From an uncultured Pseudomonadota bacterium (GTDB taxonomy: Bacteria; Pseudomonadota; Alphaproteobacteria; RF32; CAG-239), in the NCBI GenBank assembly GCA_949298065.1, contig CASFUZ010000005.1, forward strand, positions 2,139-66,138: a DNA stretch of 64,000 nt, read 5' to 3'. Position numbers and translations under genes: made by a program. The notes beneath the pieces are model-generated. The model saw only the letters and a program-made list of their open reading frames with translations. It had not been told where the DNA came from and ran no database searches. Below, in pieces: positions 29,098 through 38,295 of the stretch. Positions within the stretch are counted from its first letter, which is position 1, and the number at the start of each line of letters is the position of its first letter.

Positions 29098-30221
29098 GCT
29101 CCAAAAATAACCACCTGTTTTCCGCCATCATGCTGAGCCTTTTGGATAGCAAGAATGGCTTGCTCAATCAGCTTCTTAGCCGAAGCTGCCGGATCTGGGA
29201 AAATACTAACCCCGACAGAAGTCTCTAAACGATGCTCGGCGAAATTATCCGCGACAGGTTCATCTAAAGCAGCCTTAACGCGCTTAATCTCTACATCCAA
29301 ATTTTCTAAATTATCAACATTTGGAATCAATATCCAGAACTGATATTTTAAGCCTGTTGCAACAGTAAAAGTTTTCTTCAGGCTCAAGACCAATCTTTCG
29401 GCAATTTTGCGCAAAATAAAATCATCAATTCCCAAACTCTTAAAAGATTTCAAGTTATCAACACTTACTCCGATTAGAGCAATCATATTTTTCTTTTGAC
29501 GAATATCTTTATAATTTTCGGCATTCACCGCCATTTGCACACGATCTTCCAACAAATAAAAATTAGGAAGACCTGTTAAGTCATCATACAAACCCGAAAC
29601 CAAATTAATTTTTGTAATAATTCTGCTCCCGACAAGAATAAAAGTAAAATGTTGGTTATCGGGCAAATAAACAGCATCAAAATTCATTCGCTGTACTTTG
29701 TTATCTGGCAGCTTCAGGCGCACCATCAGACTTTTGTCATTAGTTAACATTTCGCCGATATTCTCGGCCAACAAATTCCAATCTTCTTTAACCACAAATT
29801 TCAGGAAATTTTTTTTTAAAACATCATCTTCACCAGCCACACCGAGAATTTTTAAGAAAGTTTTGTTGGCATACTCAATTTTATCATCTCTGACAATAAC
29901 AAAAGAACGCTCTGAATTTTTAAATACTTTATTGATAATATCTTTAAGATGAACGTCTGCATCTTCAATAAAATCCTGCACAACAAAATCCGTCATTTCT
30001 TGCTTATCAGACTTTAAAGTTTGCTTAATAGTCTTAAGTTTTGGCGTTTCATTCAAACTTTCCAAAGAATCCAAATCCACATTAAAATTTTTAGCCGCAC
30101 TTAAAATACCCAAATCAACATTATGTTTAAGATTTTTATCACCGACTCCTTCCAAAAAGGCAATTGTATCGGTATCAAAAACCAAATTCTGATTATTATC
30201 ACTCATTACAAATTTCCGCAT
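29094..30221 (-). CDS. PAS + degenerate GGDEF-domain protein
   Basis: YANKTF PAS segment; YDDLTGLPNF, ILRKIAERL, SVGVSIFP; the GGDEF position reads LKYQF. Confidence 0.7.
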   Translation of the reverse strand: MRKFVMSDNNQNLVFDTDTIAFLEGVGDKNLKHNVDLGILSAAKNFNVDLDSLESLNETPKLKTIKQTLKSDKQEMTDFVVQDFIEDADVHLKDIINKVFKNSERSFVIVRDDKIEYANKTFLKILGVAGEDDVLKKNFLKFVVKEDWNLLAENIGEMLTNDKSLMVRLKLPDNKVQRMNFDAVYLPDNQHFTFILVGSRIITKINLVSGLYDDLTGLPNFYLLEDRVQMAVNAENYKDIRQKKNMIALIGVSVDNLKSFKSLGIDDFILRKIAERLVLSLKKTFTVATGLKYQFWILIPNVDNLENLDVEIKRVKAALDEPVADNFAEHRLETSVGVSIFPDPAASAKKLIEQAILAIQKAQHDGGKQVVIFGA

Positions 30222-30344
30222 AAAACCTCAAAGCAAGATTATCTTAAAATGATTATTTCCAAAAAACAATCAAATATTTGCTCTTTATTAACTTTAATTT
30301 GTTAACATAAACAAAAATTAAATAATAACTAACGGATATTCAAC

Positions 30345-32387
30345 ATGGCAGAAGCAGAAGAAGAAAACGAAGCCCCAGAAGAAAAGCCCGTTCAACCGGA
30401 AACAGAAAGTAACGGAGAAATCGGAGCTAACAAATTTTTAGTCAAAGAAAGATTTGAAATAGACTATGCACAACCGCTCCCCTGGCTTGATTGTAACGGA
30501 GCCAAAGCCTATCGTGTGATAGACCGCATAGATACCAAACGCGGCCTTTTTGCTCTGCTCTGTAGCAACAAAACCTGCCCACGCTCCACCATTTTGCCCT
30601 ACATCAAATCTCTTGAATGCCGAAGCTTAATGAAACTCGTAGAGTTTGGCATTGTAACCTGGTTGCCGGAAAAATCGCGAAACCTTGCGCTTATCTATAA
30701 AATCCCTTATGGCAAAGTTTTTGAAGGAGGCAAAACCACATTAGATATTCGCAATTCAGAAAAATTTAAAAGCACGCTCATTAGCCTGCTTTCAGTAGTT
30801 GAGGCACTAAAAAACTATAACATAACCCACAGAGCCATACGCGCCGATAATCTTTATTATGCCAATGCAGATAAAACCGAAATTATGATTGGCGATTGTT
30901 GCGCATCATTTCCAAGCTTTCATCAACCTCCGGCATACGAAACTATAGAAAATATGCTTTCCATAGCAGAAGGAAGAGGTAATGGAAGCGAAAAAAATGA
31001 CATATATGCGATTGGTGCGGTCATGATGGCCTTATACTTAGGGCATGAAGTTGGAACAGATTTAAGTTTACCGGAACTTTTAAGGCTAAAATCCAAAAAA
31101 GGAAGTTACCAAACCTTACTTGGAGATGAACATATTCCAAATCAAATTTCGCCGATACTCCGTAATTTATTAACGGACAACATTGAAAATCGCCTGAACT
31201 ACATACAAGTCTACAACCTTTTAGATGGAAAGACAAGCAATTACACATCAGCCACGAGTACGGATCGCCCCAAAAGAACCATATCCTTTAACGGAGAAAA
31301 ATTTTATAACACCCGAGATTTTGCCATAGCACTCAGCAATTCACCGGAAGAAGCTTATGAACTCGTAAAATCCGGCAAATTACTGGATTGGGTAAAAAAC
31401 GGCTTAGAAAACGAAAAACTGGCAGGAAAGATTGAAAAAATATTAAATGCTTTTCCAGAAGGCACAACCTCCACAGAAGTTCTGATGTCAAAGATTTGCA
31501 TTTTACTTTCCCCAGACCTTCCAATCAAACTAAACAACCTCTGTTTATTTCCCGATGGTGCCCCCAAAGCCATCTACTATGCGTTGCGCAATAGCACGGA
31601 CACCACCCCGTTCAAGGAACTTTTTTCCACAGAAATAATCAAACTTTGGTATCAGGAACAAGAACATATGCGCTCACCCGCCAATGCTGGAGAGTTTCGC
31701 ATTTATGTCAATCGGCAAGATATCGGCTATGGAATAGACCGCATAATGTATGACTTTGATGACGACATTCCCTGTGTAAGCCCCTTATTAGGAGATGAAT
31801 TTGTCAATTCTCCGACCAGAATTTTAAGAGCATTAGATAATACATATGCCAAACAAATTGTTAAAAGCATGCCTTATGACCGAAACATTATAGCCTATCT
31901 TAGATGTAAAATGGGAAAAAAAATAGATGGAATTTTAACAGATTTAAGCACCAACAAAGAATATTTACAAGCCAGTGCCGTATTAAGATTATATACCTCA
32001 ATGCAAAATAAATTCGGACCGGCACAACTGCCGCATTTATCGCAATGGCTGTCAAGCTCATCAATGTCCATAATCAAGAGTTATCATAATCTCAAATATC
32101 AAAAATTTTTAGAAAGAGAATTACTTAAGATCAATAAAAATGGCAAACTCCATGAGCTTTGCGACATTTTGGAAGATGAAGAAGCACGCAACAAAGACAA
32201 AGCGAACTATGCCAAAGCCGTAAGCGACATAAACTTTTTACTTGCCGAAAAAAACAAAATACTTAACAACAGCTCCAAATTAGATGATGATGCGCGTAAT
32301 CTAGCCATACGCTTTACCTCTATTTTAGCAATAATGGTCATGCTTGTATCATTTCTGTTCAACCTCATCATGTGGATATTACAATGA
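30345..32387 (+). CDS. membrane-anchored protein-kinase-fold protein (probable pseudokinase)
   Basis: THRAIRADNL (HRD to HRA), IGDCC (at DFG), DIYAIG; C-terminal TM helix. Confidence 0.65.
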   Translation: MAEAEEENEAPEEKPVQPETESNGEIGANKFLVKERFEIDYAQPLPWLDCNGAKAYRVIDRIDTKRGLFALLCSNKTCPRSTILPYIKSLECRSLMKLVEFGIVTWLPEKSRNLALIYKIPYGKVFEGGKTTLDIRNSEKFKSTLISLLSVVEALKNYNITHRAIRADNLYYANADKTEIMIGDCCASFPSFHQPPAYETIENMLSIAEGRGNGSEKNDIYAIGAVMMALYLGHEVGTDLSLPELLRLKSKKGSYQTLLGDEHIPNQISPILRNLLTDNIENRLNYIQVYNLLDGKTSNYTSATSTDRPKRTISFNGEKFYNTRDFAIALSNSPEEAYELVKSGKLLDWVKNGLENEKLAGKIEKILNAFPEGTTSTEVLMSKICILLSPDLPIKLNNLCLFPDGAPKAIYYALRNSTDTTPFKELFSTEIIKLWYQEQEHMRSPANAGEFRIYVNRQDIGYGIDRIMYDFDDDIPCVSPLLGDEFVNSPTRILRALDNTYAKQIVKSMPYDRNIIAYLRCKMGKKIDGILTDLSTNKEYLQASAVLRLYTSMQNKFGPAQLPHLSQWLSSSSMSIIKSYHNLKYQKFLERELLKINKNGKLHELCDILEDEEARNKDKANYAKAVSDINFLLAEKNKILNNSSKLDDDARNLAIRFTSILAIMVMLVSFLFNLIMWILQ

Positions 32388-32869
32388 AAAAAGAACAAAA
32401 TAAAAAACCGCTAATAAACTTAAAAAAATCATACAACAAGCTATCCATCGCTCAAAAACTACTTTTGTTCATAGGATTGATATTCATTGTAATTAGCACT
32501 TTGCCGGCCGTAATGGTATTATTGATAGGTTTGCTGCCAACATTCACTATATTAATAACAGATCCCAAGAACACCGATAAATTAGTCATAATCGGAAGCT
32601 TTAATTTAGCTGGAGTATTTATTTACTTGATGAATGTTATCAACACCTTCACCCTACATAATGCTTTCTTTATTGTTGGAGATGTATTTAATCTTATCAT
32701 TATGTTAGGATCAGCAGGTTTGGGTTTAGTTGCCTATTACGAAATTCCCAATCTTTTTATATTTATTTCCAAAGCTTCAGCCCAAAAACGCCTCAAAAAC
32801 ATTGACAATAAACTCGCACGTTTAGCCGAAGAGTGGGGAACAGATTTAATAGACCGCCAGAAAGAATAA
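32384..32869 (+). CDS. multi-TM membrane protein coupled to the pseudokinase
   Basis: ATGA overlap at 32384-32387; hydrophobic segments; LAEEWG C-terminus. Confidence 0.65.
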   Translation: MKKEQNKKPLINLKKSYNKLSIAQKLLLFIGLIFIVISTLPAVMVLLIGLLPTFTILITDPKNTDKLVIIGSFNLAGVFIYLMNVINTFTLHNAFFIVGDVFNLIIMLGSAGLGLVAYYEIPNLFIFISKASAQKRLKNIDNKLARLAEEWGTDLIDRQKE

Positions 32870-32872
32870 GCT

Positions 32873-32899
32873 AAAAAACTCCCTGAAGGGAGTTTTTTT
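32873..32899. terminator. bidirectional terminator
   Basis: aaaaaactccc-tgaa-gggagtttttt between convergent genes. Confidence 0.8.
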
Positions 32900-33767
32900 A
32901 TAATGCAATCGCTTTTCTAATTTTCTTAATAGAATTAAGCTCAATTTGGCGCACACGCTCTTTGGAAATACAATAAGCTTTACTCAAATCATCAAGTGTA
33001 ACAGCCTTTTCAGCCAAGCGCCTTTTAAATAAAATATCTTTTTCTCTCTGATTAAGGCAACTCAAAGCCTTCTGAAATAACTTTCGGCGATAACGCAATG
33101 TTTCACTATAGGCCAAGACATCTTCCTGATTAGGCTTAGAATCTGAAATAAAATCAATCCATTCGGTCGTATGCTCCGAAGAATTATCCAACACAGAGTT
33201 AAGAGAACCATCATGTGATCCTAAACGCATATTCATATCCGTAACATCTTGTACTGTCACATCCAAAGAAGATGCAATATTTCCAAGAACCTCCTGAGAT
33301 AAATCTCTGTCATCAATAAGATTAAGTTTATTTTTAATTTTCCGTAAATTGAAAAAGAGCTTCTTCTGAGCAGCAGTTGTACCGATTTTAACCAAAGACC
33401 AAGAGCTTAAAATATATTTTTGAACCGATGCCTTAATCCACCATAAAGCATAGGTTGAGAAGCGAAAACCTTTACTAGGGTCAAACTTATCTACAGCATA
33501 TAATAAGCCAATATTTCCCTCCGAAATCATCTCTCCGACAGGCAAACCATAGCCTCTGTATTTTGAAACAACTTTAACGACCAATCTAAGATGTGAAGTA
33601 ATTAACTTATAAGCAATTTTTTCATCTTTTGTTTCCTTATATTTTGTAGCCAAGCGAAATTCTTCATCTTGCTCCAAAATTGGAAATTTTCTGATACTTT
33701 GTAAATATCTTGCCAAATTAAATTCTGGTGAAAAGTCAAGTCCATTAAGAGCGAAAGCGCTGTCCAT
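32898..33767 (-). CDS. rpoH: RNA polymerase sigma-32
   Basis: SHLRLVVK, WSLVKIGTTAAQKKLFFNLR (RpoH box), SKERVRQIE; downstream of rluD. Confidence 0.92.
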   Translation of the reverse strand: MDSAFALNGLDFSPEFNLARYLQSIRKFPILEQDEEFRLATKYKETKDEKIAYKLITSHLRLVVKVVSKYRGYGLPVGEMISEGNIGLLYAVDKFDPSKGFRFSTYALWWIKASVQKYILSSWSLVKIGTTAAQKKLFFNLRKIKNKLNLIDDRDLSQEVLGNIASSLDVTVQDVTDMNMRLGSHDGSLNSVLDNSSEHTTEWIDFISDSKPNQEDVLAYSETLRYRRKLFQKALSCLNQREKDILFKRRLAEKAVTLDDLSKAYCISKERVRQIELNSIKKIRKAIAL

Positions 33768-33849
33768 AAGGTTTCTCCTCTTCCGATGTTGACTTTTCAA
33801 CGTTAAATAAGAGAAAGCTAAATTACAACCTATTCTTTAGTTTTAATAT

Positions 33850-34830
33850 TTATACTTGTTGTAGTTTATCAAGAAGCAATTGAATATCTTGTGGAAACTC
33901 TGAAACAAATTGCAATTTTTGCCCACTTCTTGGATGAACAAAACCAAGAGAAGCAGCATGTAAAGCTTGCCGCGGAAAGTCATTTACAAAAGCCAACACA
34001 TCTGCACTCAATCCTTTAAGGGAAGTTTTTTTACTTTTTACATAAAGTTGGTCGCCGACAAGATTACAACCGATTAAAGCCATATGCACGCGTATCTGAT
34101 GCGTTCTTCCCGTTTCCAGATTGCACTGAACCAACGCTGCAGCTCCATTAAAATTCTCTAAGGTTTTATAGTTTGTGGCAGCATATTTACCGCCATTTTC
34201 AACCACAGCCATTTTTTTACGGTCAAAGCGGCTGCGTCCGATATTTGCTTCAATTCTGCCATTAAGAGGGTTGGGTAGACCATAAACAACGGCATAATAA
34301 GTTCGTTCAATAGAATGTTCAAAAAACTGTGCACAAAGTCCTTGATGAGCCAAATCATTTTTGGCCACAACCAACAAACCACTGGTATCTTTATCAATCC
34401 GATGAACAATTCCGGGACGTTTAACCCCGCCGATACCGGACAAATTATCCCGACAATGATACAAAAGCGCATTAACCAAAGTTCCGCTATGAGCTCCCGG
34501 AGCAGGATGTACGGTCATTCCGGCCGGTTTATTAACCACCAACAAATCGTCATCTTCAAAAACCACATCTAAAGGAATATTTTCAGGTACAGGCTCAGCC
34601 TCTTTAGCTTCCGGTACAAAGACCTGATAAACATCACCAACCCGTATTTTAAAGGAATTATCGGCAACCGTATCTTCATCACAAGTAACATTTCCGGCAA
34701 GAATCAATCGTTGCGCCTGAGAACGAGACAGTTGTGGCAAAACTCTTGCCAGAAACTTATCTAAGCGTTCTCCTTTATCCGTTTCGCACACGGTTGGTGT
34801 ATAAAAAATATTATCGGAAAAATCATTCAT
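33850..34830 (-). CDS. rluD: 23S rRNA pseudouridine synthase (RluA/RluD family)
   Basis: S4 domain RLDKFLA, NKPAGMTVHP, RPGIVHRIDKDTSG, ETGRTHQIRVH, RQALHA. Confidence 0.93.
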   Translation of the reverse strand: MNDFSDNIFYTPTVCETDKGERLDKFLARVLPQLSRSQAQRLILAGNVTCDEDTVADNSFKIRVGDVYQVFVPEAKEAEPVPENIPLDVVFEDDDLLVVNKPAGMTVHPAPGAHSGTLVNALLYHCRDNLSGIGGVKRPGIVHRIDKDTSGLLVVAKNDLAHQGLCAQFFEHSIERTYYAVVYGLPNPLNGRIEANIGRSRFDRKKMAVVENGGKYAATNYKTLENFNGAAALVQCNLETGRTHQIRVHMALIGCNLVGDQLYVKSKKTSLKGLSADVLAFVNDFPRQALHAASLGFVHPRSGQKLQFVSEFPQDIQLLLDKLQQV

Positions 34831-34916
34831 ATTTGCACAAATAAAAAATTTACGATATAGTTACTAATGTGAGGTAACATAAACAAAATAAGGCAATTTG
34901 GCAAGGACAGATTCGG

Positions 34917-35210
34917 ATGGATAAACTAAAACTAGTTAAAACAATCGTATTTATACTAACTTTTCTGCTTGTTTTCGGAAGCCTAATGCTTATCGGCACC
35001 CTTTTCAAAAAGACCAAAACTCTGCCTCGCCTGCCTAAAGAAGTTAATCTGCAAGAACCTATCGGTAGTCGTATATCAGATTTACAAACCAAGGAAAACC
35101 TCCTTTATCTGACCATCCGCGACGGCGGGCTTGCCGATAGAATAATAATTTTTGATACAATAACCGGACAAAAAGTTTCTACCATTTACCTAAATCAGAG
35201 GGAACAATGA
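34917..35210 (+). CDS. small membrane-anchored hypothetical protein
   Basis: N-terminal TM helix; divergent from rluD; ATGA overlap with the next ORF. Confidence 0.65.
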   Translation: MDKLKLVKTIVFILTFLLVFGSLMLIGTLFKKTKTLPRLPKEVNLQEPIGSRISDLQTKENLLYLTIRDGGLADRIIIFDTITGQKVSTIYLNQREQ

Positions 35211-36145
35211 GCGATACAGAGAATGAAGAAACATTAGATTTAAAAACAGAGCTCAAAAGCGAAGAAGCTTTGCCTCAAAATAAAAGCTATGAAGAAGAAA
35301 TCGCCGAAGATGATGAGTTTGAGCGGTTGCTCAACCAATTCATCAACTCCGAGCTGGAAGGCATAGATACCGGAATAGAGGAACCATCAGCCCAACAGGA
35401 GCAAACACCTGCACCTGCGGCTCAAACACAAAACACCTCCCCGAGAAATAAAGGTCCGGAACTGGATACAAACGAAAAAGCTTTGTTTGATGCTTATAAA
35501 AACTTCTCAAACTCCATTATTATGATGGCAAGTATGAATGAGCTTCCCACTCCCGATTTTCGGCTTGATACATCATTGCTTATTCCTCATTACAAATACA
35601 AAACAGGCTCACTGATTGCTTCAGAAGCTATTAGCGGATGGGAAATTATGCTCCAACTTCATCCGGAAGAACTTCAAGGCCTAAGCCCTGACACTTCAGA
35701 TGAAGAATTGTTAGATTTTGCCGAACGCTGTGAAGATGAACTTTTGCAGCTTGCCATTATCTCTTATGTTGAAATCTTAATAGAAATGGAAGGCTGTGAG
35801 ATAGCCATTGAAGAACGCCGCCTCAAAGCCCAACGCCGCAAGATAGAAAAAGAGATTTATGAGGAACATCAACGCCGCTTAGAACGCAAACAACGCTATA
35901 TTGAGGCTATTAAGAAAAAAGATTTTCCGATTGATGCCGAACGCTTGGTAACCAACTATTTCCGCACGGCGCAAAAAGACCCAGATGGGGCCTATCAGGT
36001 TCTGATAAACAATCCGGCAGTTTACGCCCCCATAGACACCGCCAAAATCAAGCCGCGCTTTTTTGGGCTCATTAAGCCCACCCCACAAGACGGTATCAGA
36101 ATAAACCGTGAAATCGGAGAATTTTTAAAAAGGCTAAAAGTTTAG
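35207..36145 (+). CDS. acidic/coiled-coil hypothetical protein
   Basis: 312 aa ORF; Glu-rich N-terminus, charged coiled coil near the C-terminus. Confidence 0.7.
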   Translation: MSDTENEETLDLKTELKSEEALPQNKSYEEEIAEDDEFERLLNQFINSELEGIDTGIEEPSAQQEQTPAPAAQTQNTSPRNKGPELDTNEKALFDAYKNFSNSIIMMASMNELPTPDFRLDTSLLIPHYKYKTGSLIASEAISGWEIMLQLHPEELQGLSPDTSDEELLDFAERCEDELLQLAIISYVEILIEMEGCEIAIEERRLKAQRRKIEKEIYEEHQRRLERKQRYIEAIKKKDFPIDAERLVTNYFRTAQKDPDGAYQVLINNPAVYAPIDTAKIKPRFFGLIKPTPQDGIRINREIGEFLKRLKV

Positions 36146-36225
36146 CGAAAATATAAAAAATATAGACAAAAAAGATTTTTAATGCTAGAATATAGTTAAA
36201 TAAAAAGACTGACAGGACAAAAACA

Positions 36226-37719
36226 ATGGCTGACACTCATGATACAACAAAACCACATCCGGAACCGCAACCCCGTCCGGAGCCTAAACCTACGGTCAAA
36301 TCTGACGAAGCAGCTCCATCCGGCCAGCAAAACACTGATGACAAAACCGCCACTTTTAACGAAAACAGCGGCTCGGAAAATACTGCCCAAGTCAATCAAG
36401 ATGTCTCTTTTGACTCATTGTCCGTCAGCGAACAACAAGATTACCTCACCATCTTGGAAGAAAAAAACAAGCGAGGCCTACTTTCAGTCAGTGAAAAAGC
36501 CGTCTTAGATAATAATAAAAATAACGACAAGACCACCGGTAATAGAAATGTTGGTGATTTTGGTGCCAGAGATGGTGATGAAAATGAAGATCCTGATCCA
36601 GAGAAAAAAGGTCCTTTCAAAGAAAAAGATGTCATTAAATATATGTATGAAGACTGGCTTTTGGAAGGAGCTAACTGGCTTTGGTGTAAGACCGCTGCCA
36701 AGCTGGACAAAGGAGCTTATTGGGCTCAGCAAAAGATTCTTGAACGTATGGCTGAAAAGCGCTTAGAAAAGAACAAAGTTTACGATACGGAAGCCAGACA
36801 TGAACAAATAGCTAAACGCGCCATATCCTCTGGTCAAACTAATATGGATGCCGTCCAAAAGCACGAAGATGCTCAGCTCAAGAACCTCAAACTTCTTAAA
36901 GAAGGCAAATATGCCGAAGCTAATGTTTCAGCCACGACCAAAGTTCTGTTAGAAAACATGGACGACAAAGAAAAAGCGCAATTCTTTAAGATTTCTGAAC
37001 AAGGTATCAAGAATTTTTACAACAATATCAGAATGGCAGAACAATTTGGCTCAAATTACGCACAAGCCGGCATGACCTTTGATCTTGCACAAAACAAAGA
37101 CTACTACCAAGGCAAAAACTTAACTGAAGAATTTGAGAAACAAAAAGCCCATGCCATGCAGCTTTTCGCCAGAAGAATAGACGAAGCCGTCAAGCGTGGT
37201 GAAGACCCGATGAAAGTTGCCGCCAAACTCTTTAATATGTCTAAAAAGGCACTTGAAGCTTCCAACAAGACCATAGAAAAGCGCAAATTTTCAGAAGCAG
37301 ACAAGAAACCAAATAAAGATAAAACTATTCTTAAAAATGGTAACTTAGTTACATACATCAGCAAAATGAGCGATGAGCTCAAAACCATAGCCACTCCAGC
37401 ACAAGGACAAAAACGTGGTATGTATGAAGCTGCGGTTGCTGACATGAATTTTGACAAAGAGGCAAACTTAAGCCAAGAAGAGATTAACAAAGCTTTTGCA
37501 ACAATGCTAATACAGAAAGACGAAAATAACCAACACCGAGGCCGTATTGCAGAGCTCAAACAAAAACTCGGTCTAACCACTGAAAATATGGATGAATTTA
37601 CCAAGATTTACAACCGAAGACAAAAACAAATACGGACTAGGGAATATAACCAACGTGCCGCAGACACATTATCCGGCATGGCCGCATTGGGAAGCCATAT
37701 GTCCGGAGGACGTGATTAA
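36226..37719 (+). CDS. hydrophilic helical hypothetical protein (candidate T4SS substrate)
   Basis: 497 aa; Pro-rich N-terminus, no signal peptide, Arg-rich C-terminus ending SGGRD; AGGA RBS. Confidence 0.65.
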   Translation: MADTHDTTKPHPEPQPRPEPKPTVKSDEAAPSGQQNTDDKTATFNENSGSENTAQVNQDVSFDSLSVSEQQDYLTILEEKNKRGLLSVSEKAVLDNNKNNDKTTGNRNVGDFGARDGDENEDPDPEKKGPFKEKDVIKYMYEDWLLEGANWLWCKTAAKLDKGAYWAQQKILERMAEKRLEKNKVYDTEARHEQIAKRAISSGQTNMDAVQKHEDAQLKNLKLLKEGKYAEANVSATTKVLLENMDDKEKAQFFKISEQGIKNFYNNIRMAEQFGSNYAQAGMTFDLAQNKDYYQGKNLTEEFEKQKAHAMQLFARRIDEAVKRGEDPMKVAAKLFNMSKKALEASNKTIEKRKFSEADKKPNKDKTILKNGNLVTYISKMSDELKTIATPAQGQKRGMYEAAVADMNFDKEANLSQEEINKAFATMLIQKDENNQHRGRIAELKQKLGLTTENMDEFTKIYNRRQKQIRTREYNQRAADTLSGMAALGSHMSGGRD

Positions 37720-38219
37720 TGATAAAAAAAATATTCAAATTTCTCAAAGCATTGGTTGTAGGTTCAATTTGGACGGTTATTTTTGTTTACATCGCCGAAA
37801 ATATTATGATATATTTATGGAACTTTGACATCCTAAACACGCGCGATTGGCAAATCATTAATAGCTTTTGGGAAAGTGGTGGCAAAATCAAAGCCGGAAA
37901 AGACTACATTTTTATTTTAATGCTCCTAGCTCTCATTCCTTTGTGGTTTTGTGGTTGGAAATATTTTTATCATGTAGATTTCATAAAAGTTTTATTATTC
38001 CCGATAACTTGGTATAATAACCGAATGATAAAAAAATATGGAGAGAACACAAAGCGCATTGTTCTCAAGAACATGGGCACCACAAAAACCAAGCCCAATA
38101 TGGAAGAGATTATTGAAAAAAGATTAAAAGAAAGCAGCAAGCCGCGAGAGAAAGAAACCGGAAAGATTCGTCAATCCATTCACGACAGAATAACTGCTTC
38201 AGAACAAAATAAACAATAA
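37719..38219 (+). CDS. Trp-rich membrane protein, paralogous to the N-terminus of the next ORF
   Basis: VGSIW...WNFDILN...W..G..I...IPLWFCGW; TAATG overlap with the upstream ORF. Confidence 0.7.
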   Translation: MIKKIFKFLKALVVGSIWTVIFVYIAENIMIYLWNFDILNTRDWQIINSFWESGGKIKAGKDYIFILMLLALIPLWFCGWKYFYHVDFIKVLLFPITWYNNRMIKKYGENTKRIVLKNMGTTKTKPNMEEIIEKRLKESSKPREKETGKIRQSIHDRITASEQNKQ

Positions 38220-38295
38220 CACTAAGCACTTTTTAACCAATTACGGAGTAATATTTATAGTATAAGGAATAATCTGCCCGACCAGCAGATAAAAA

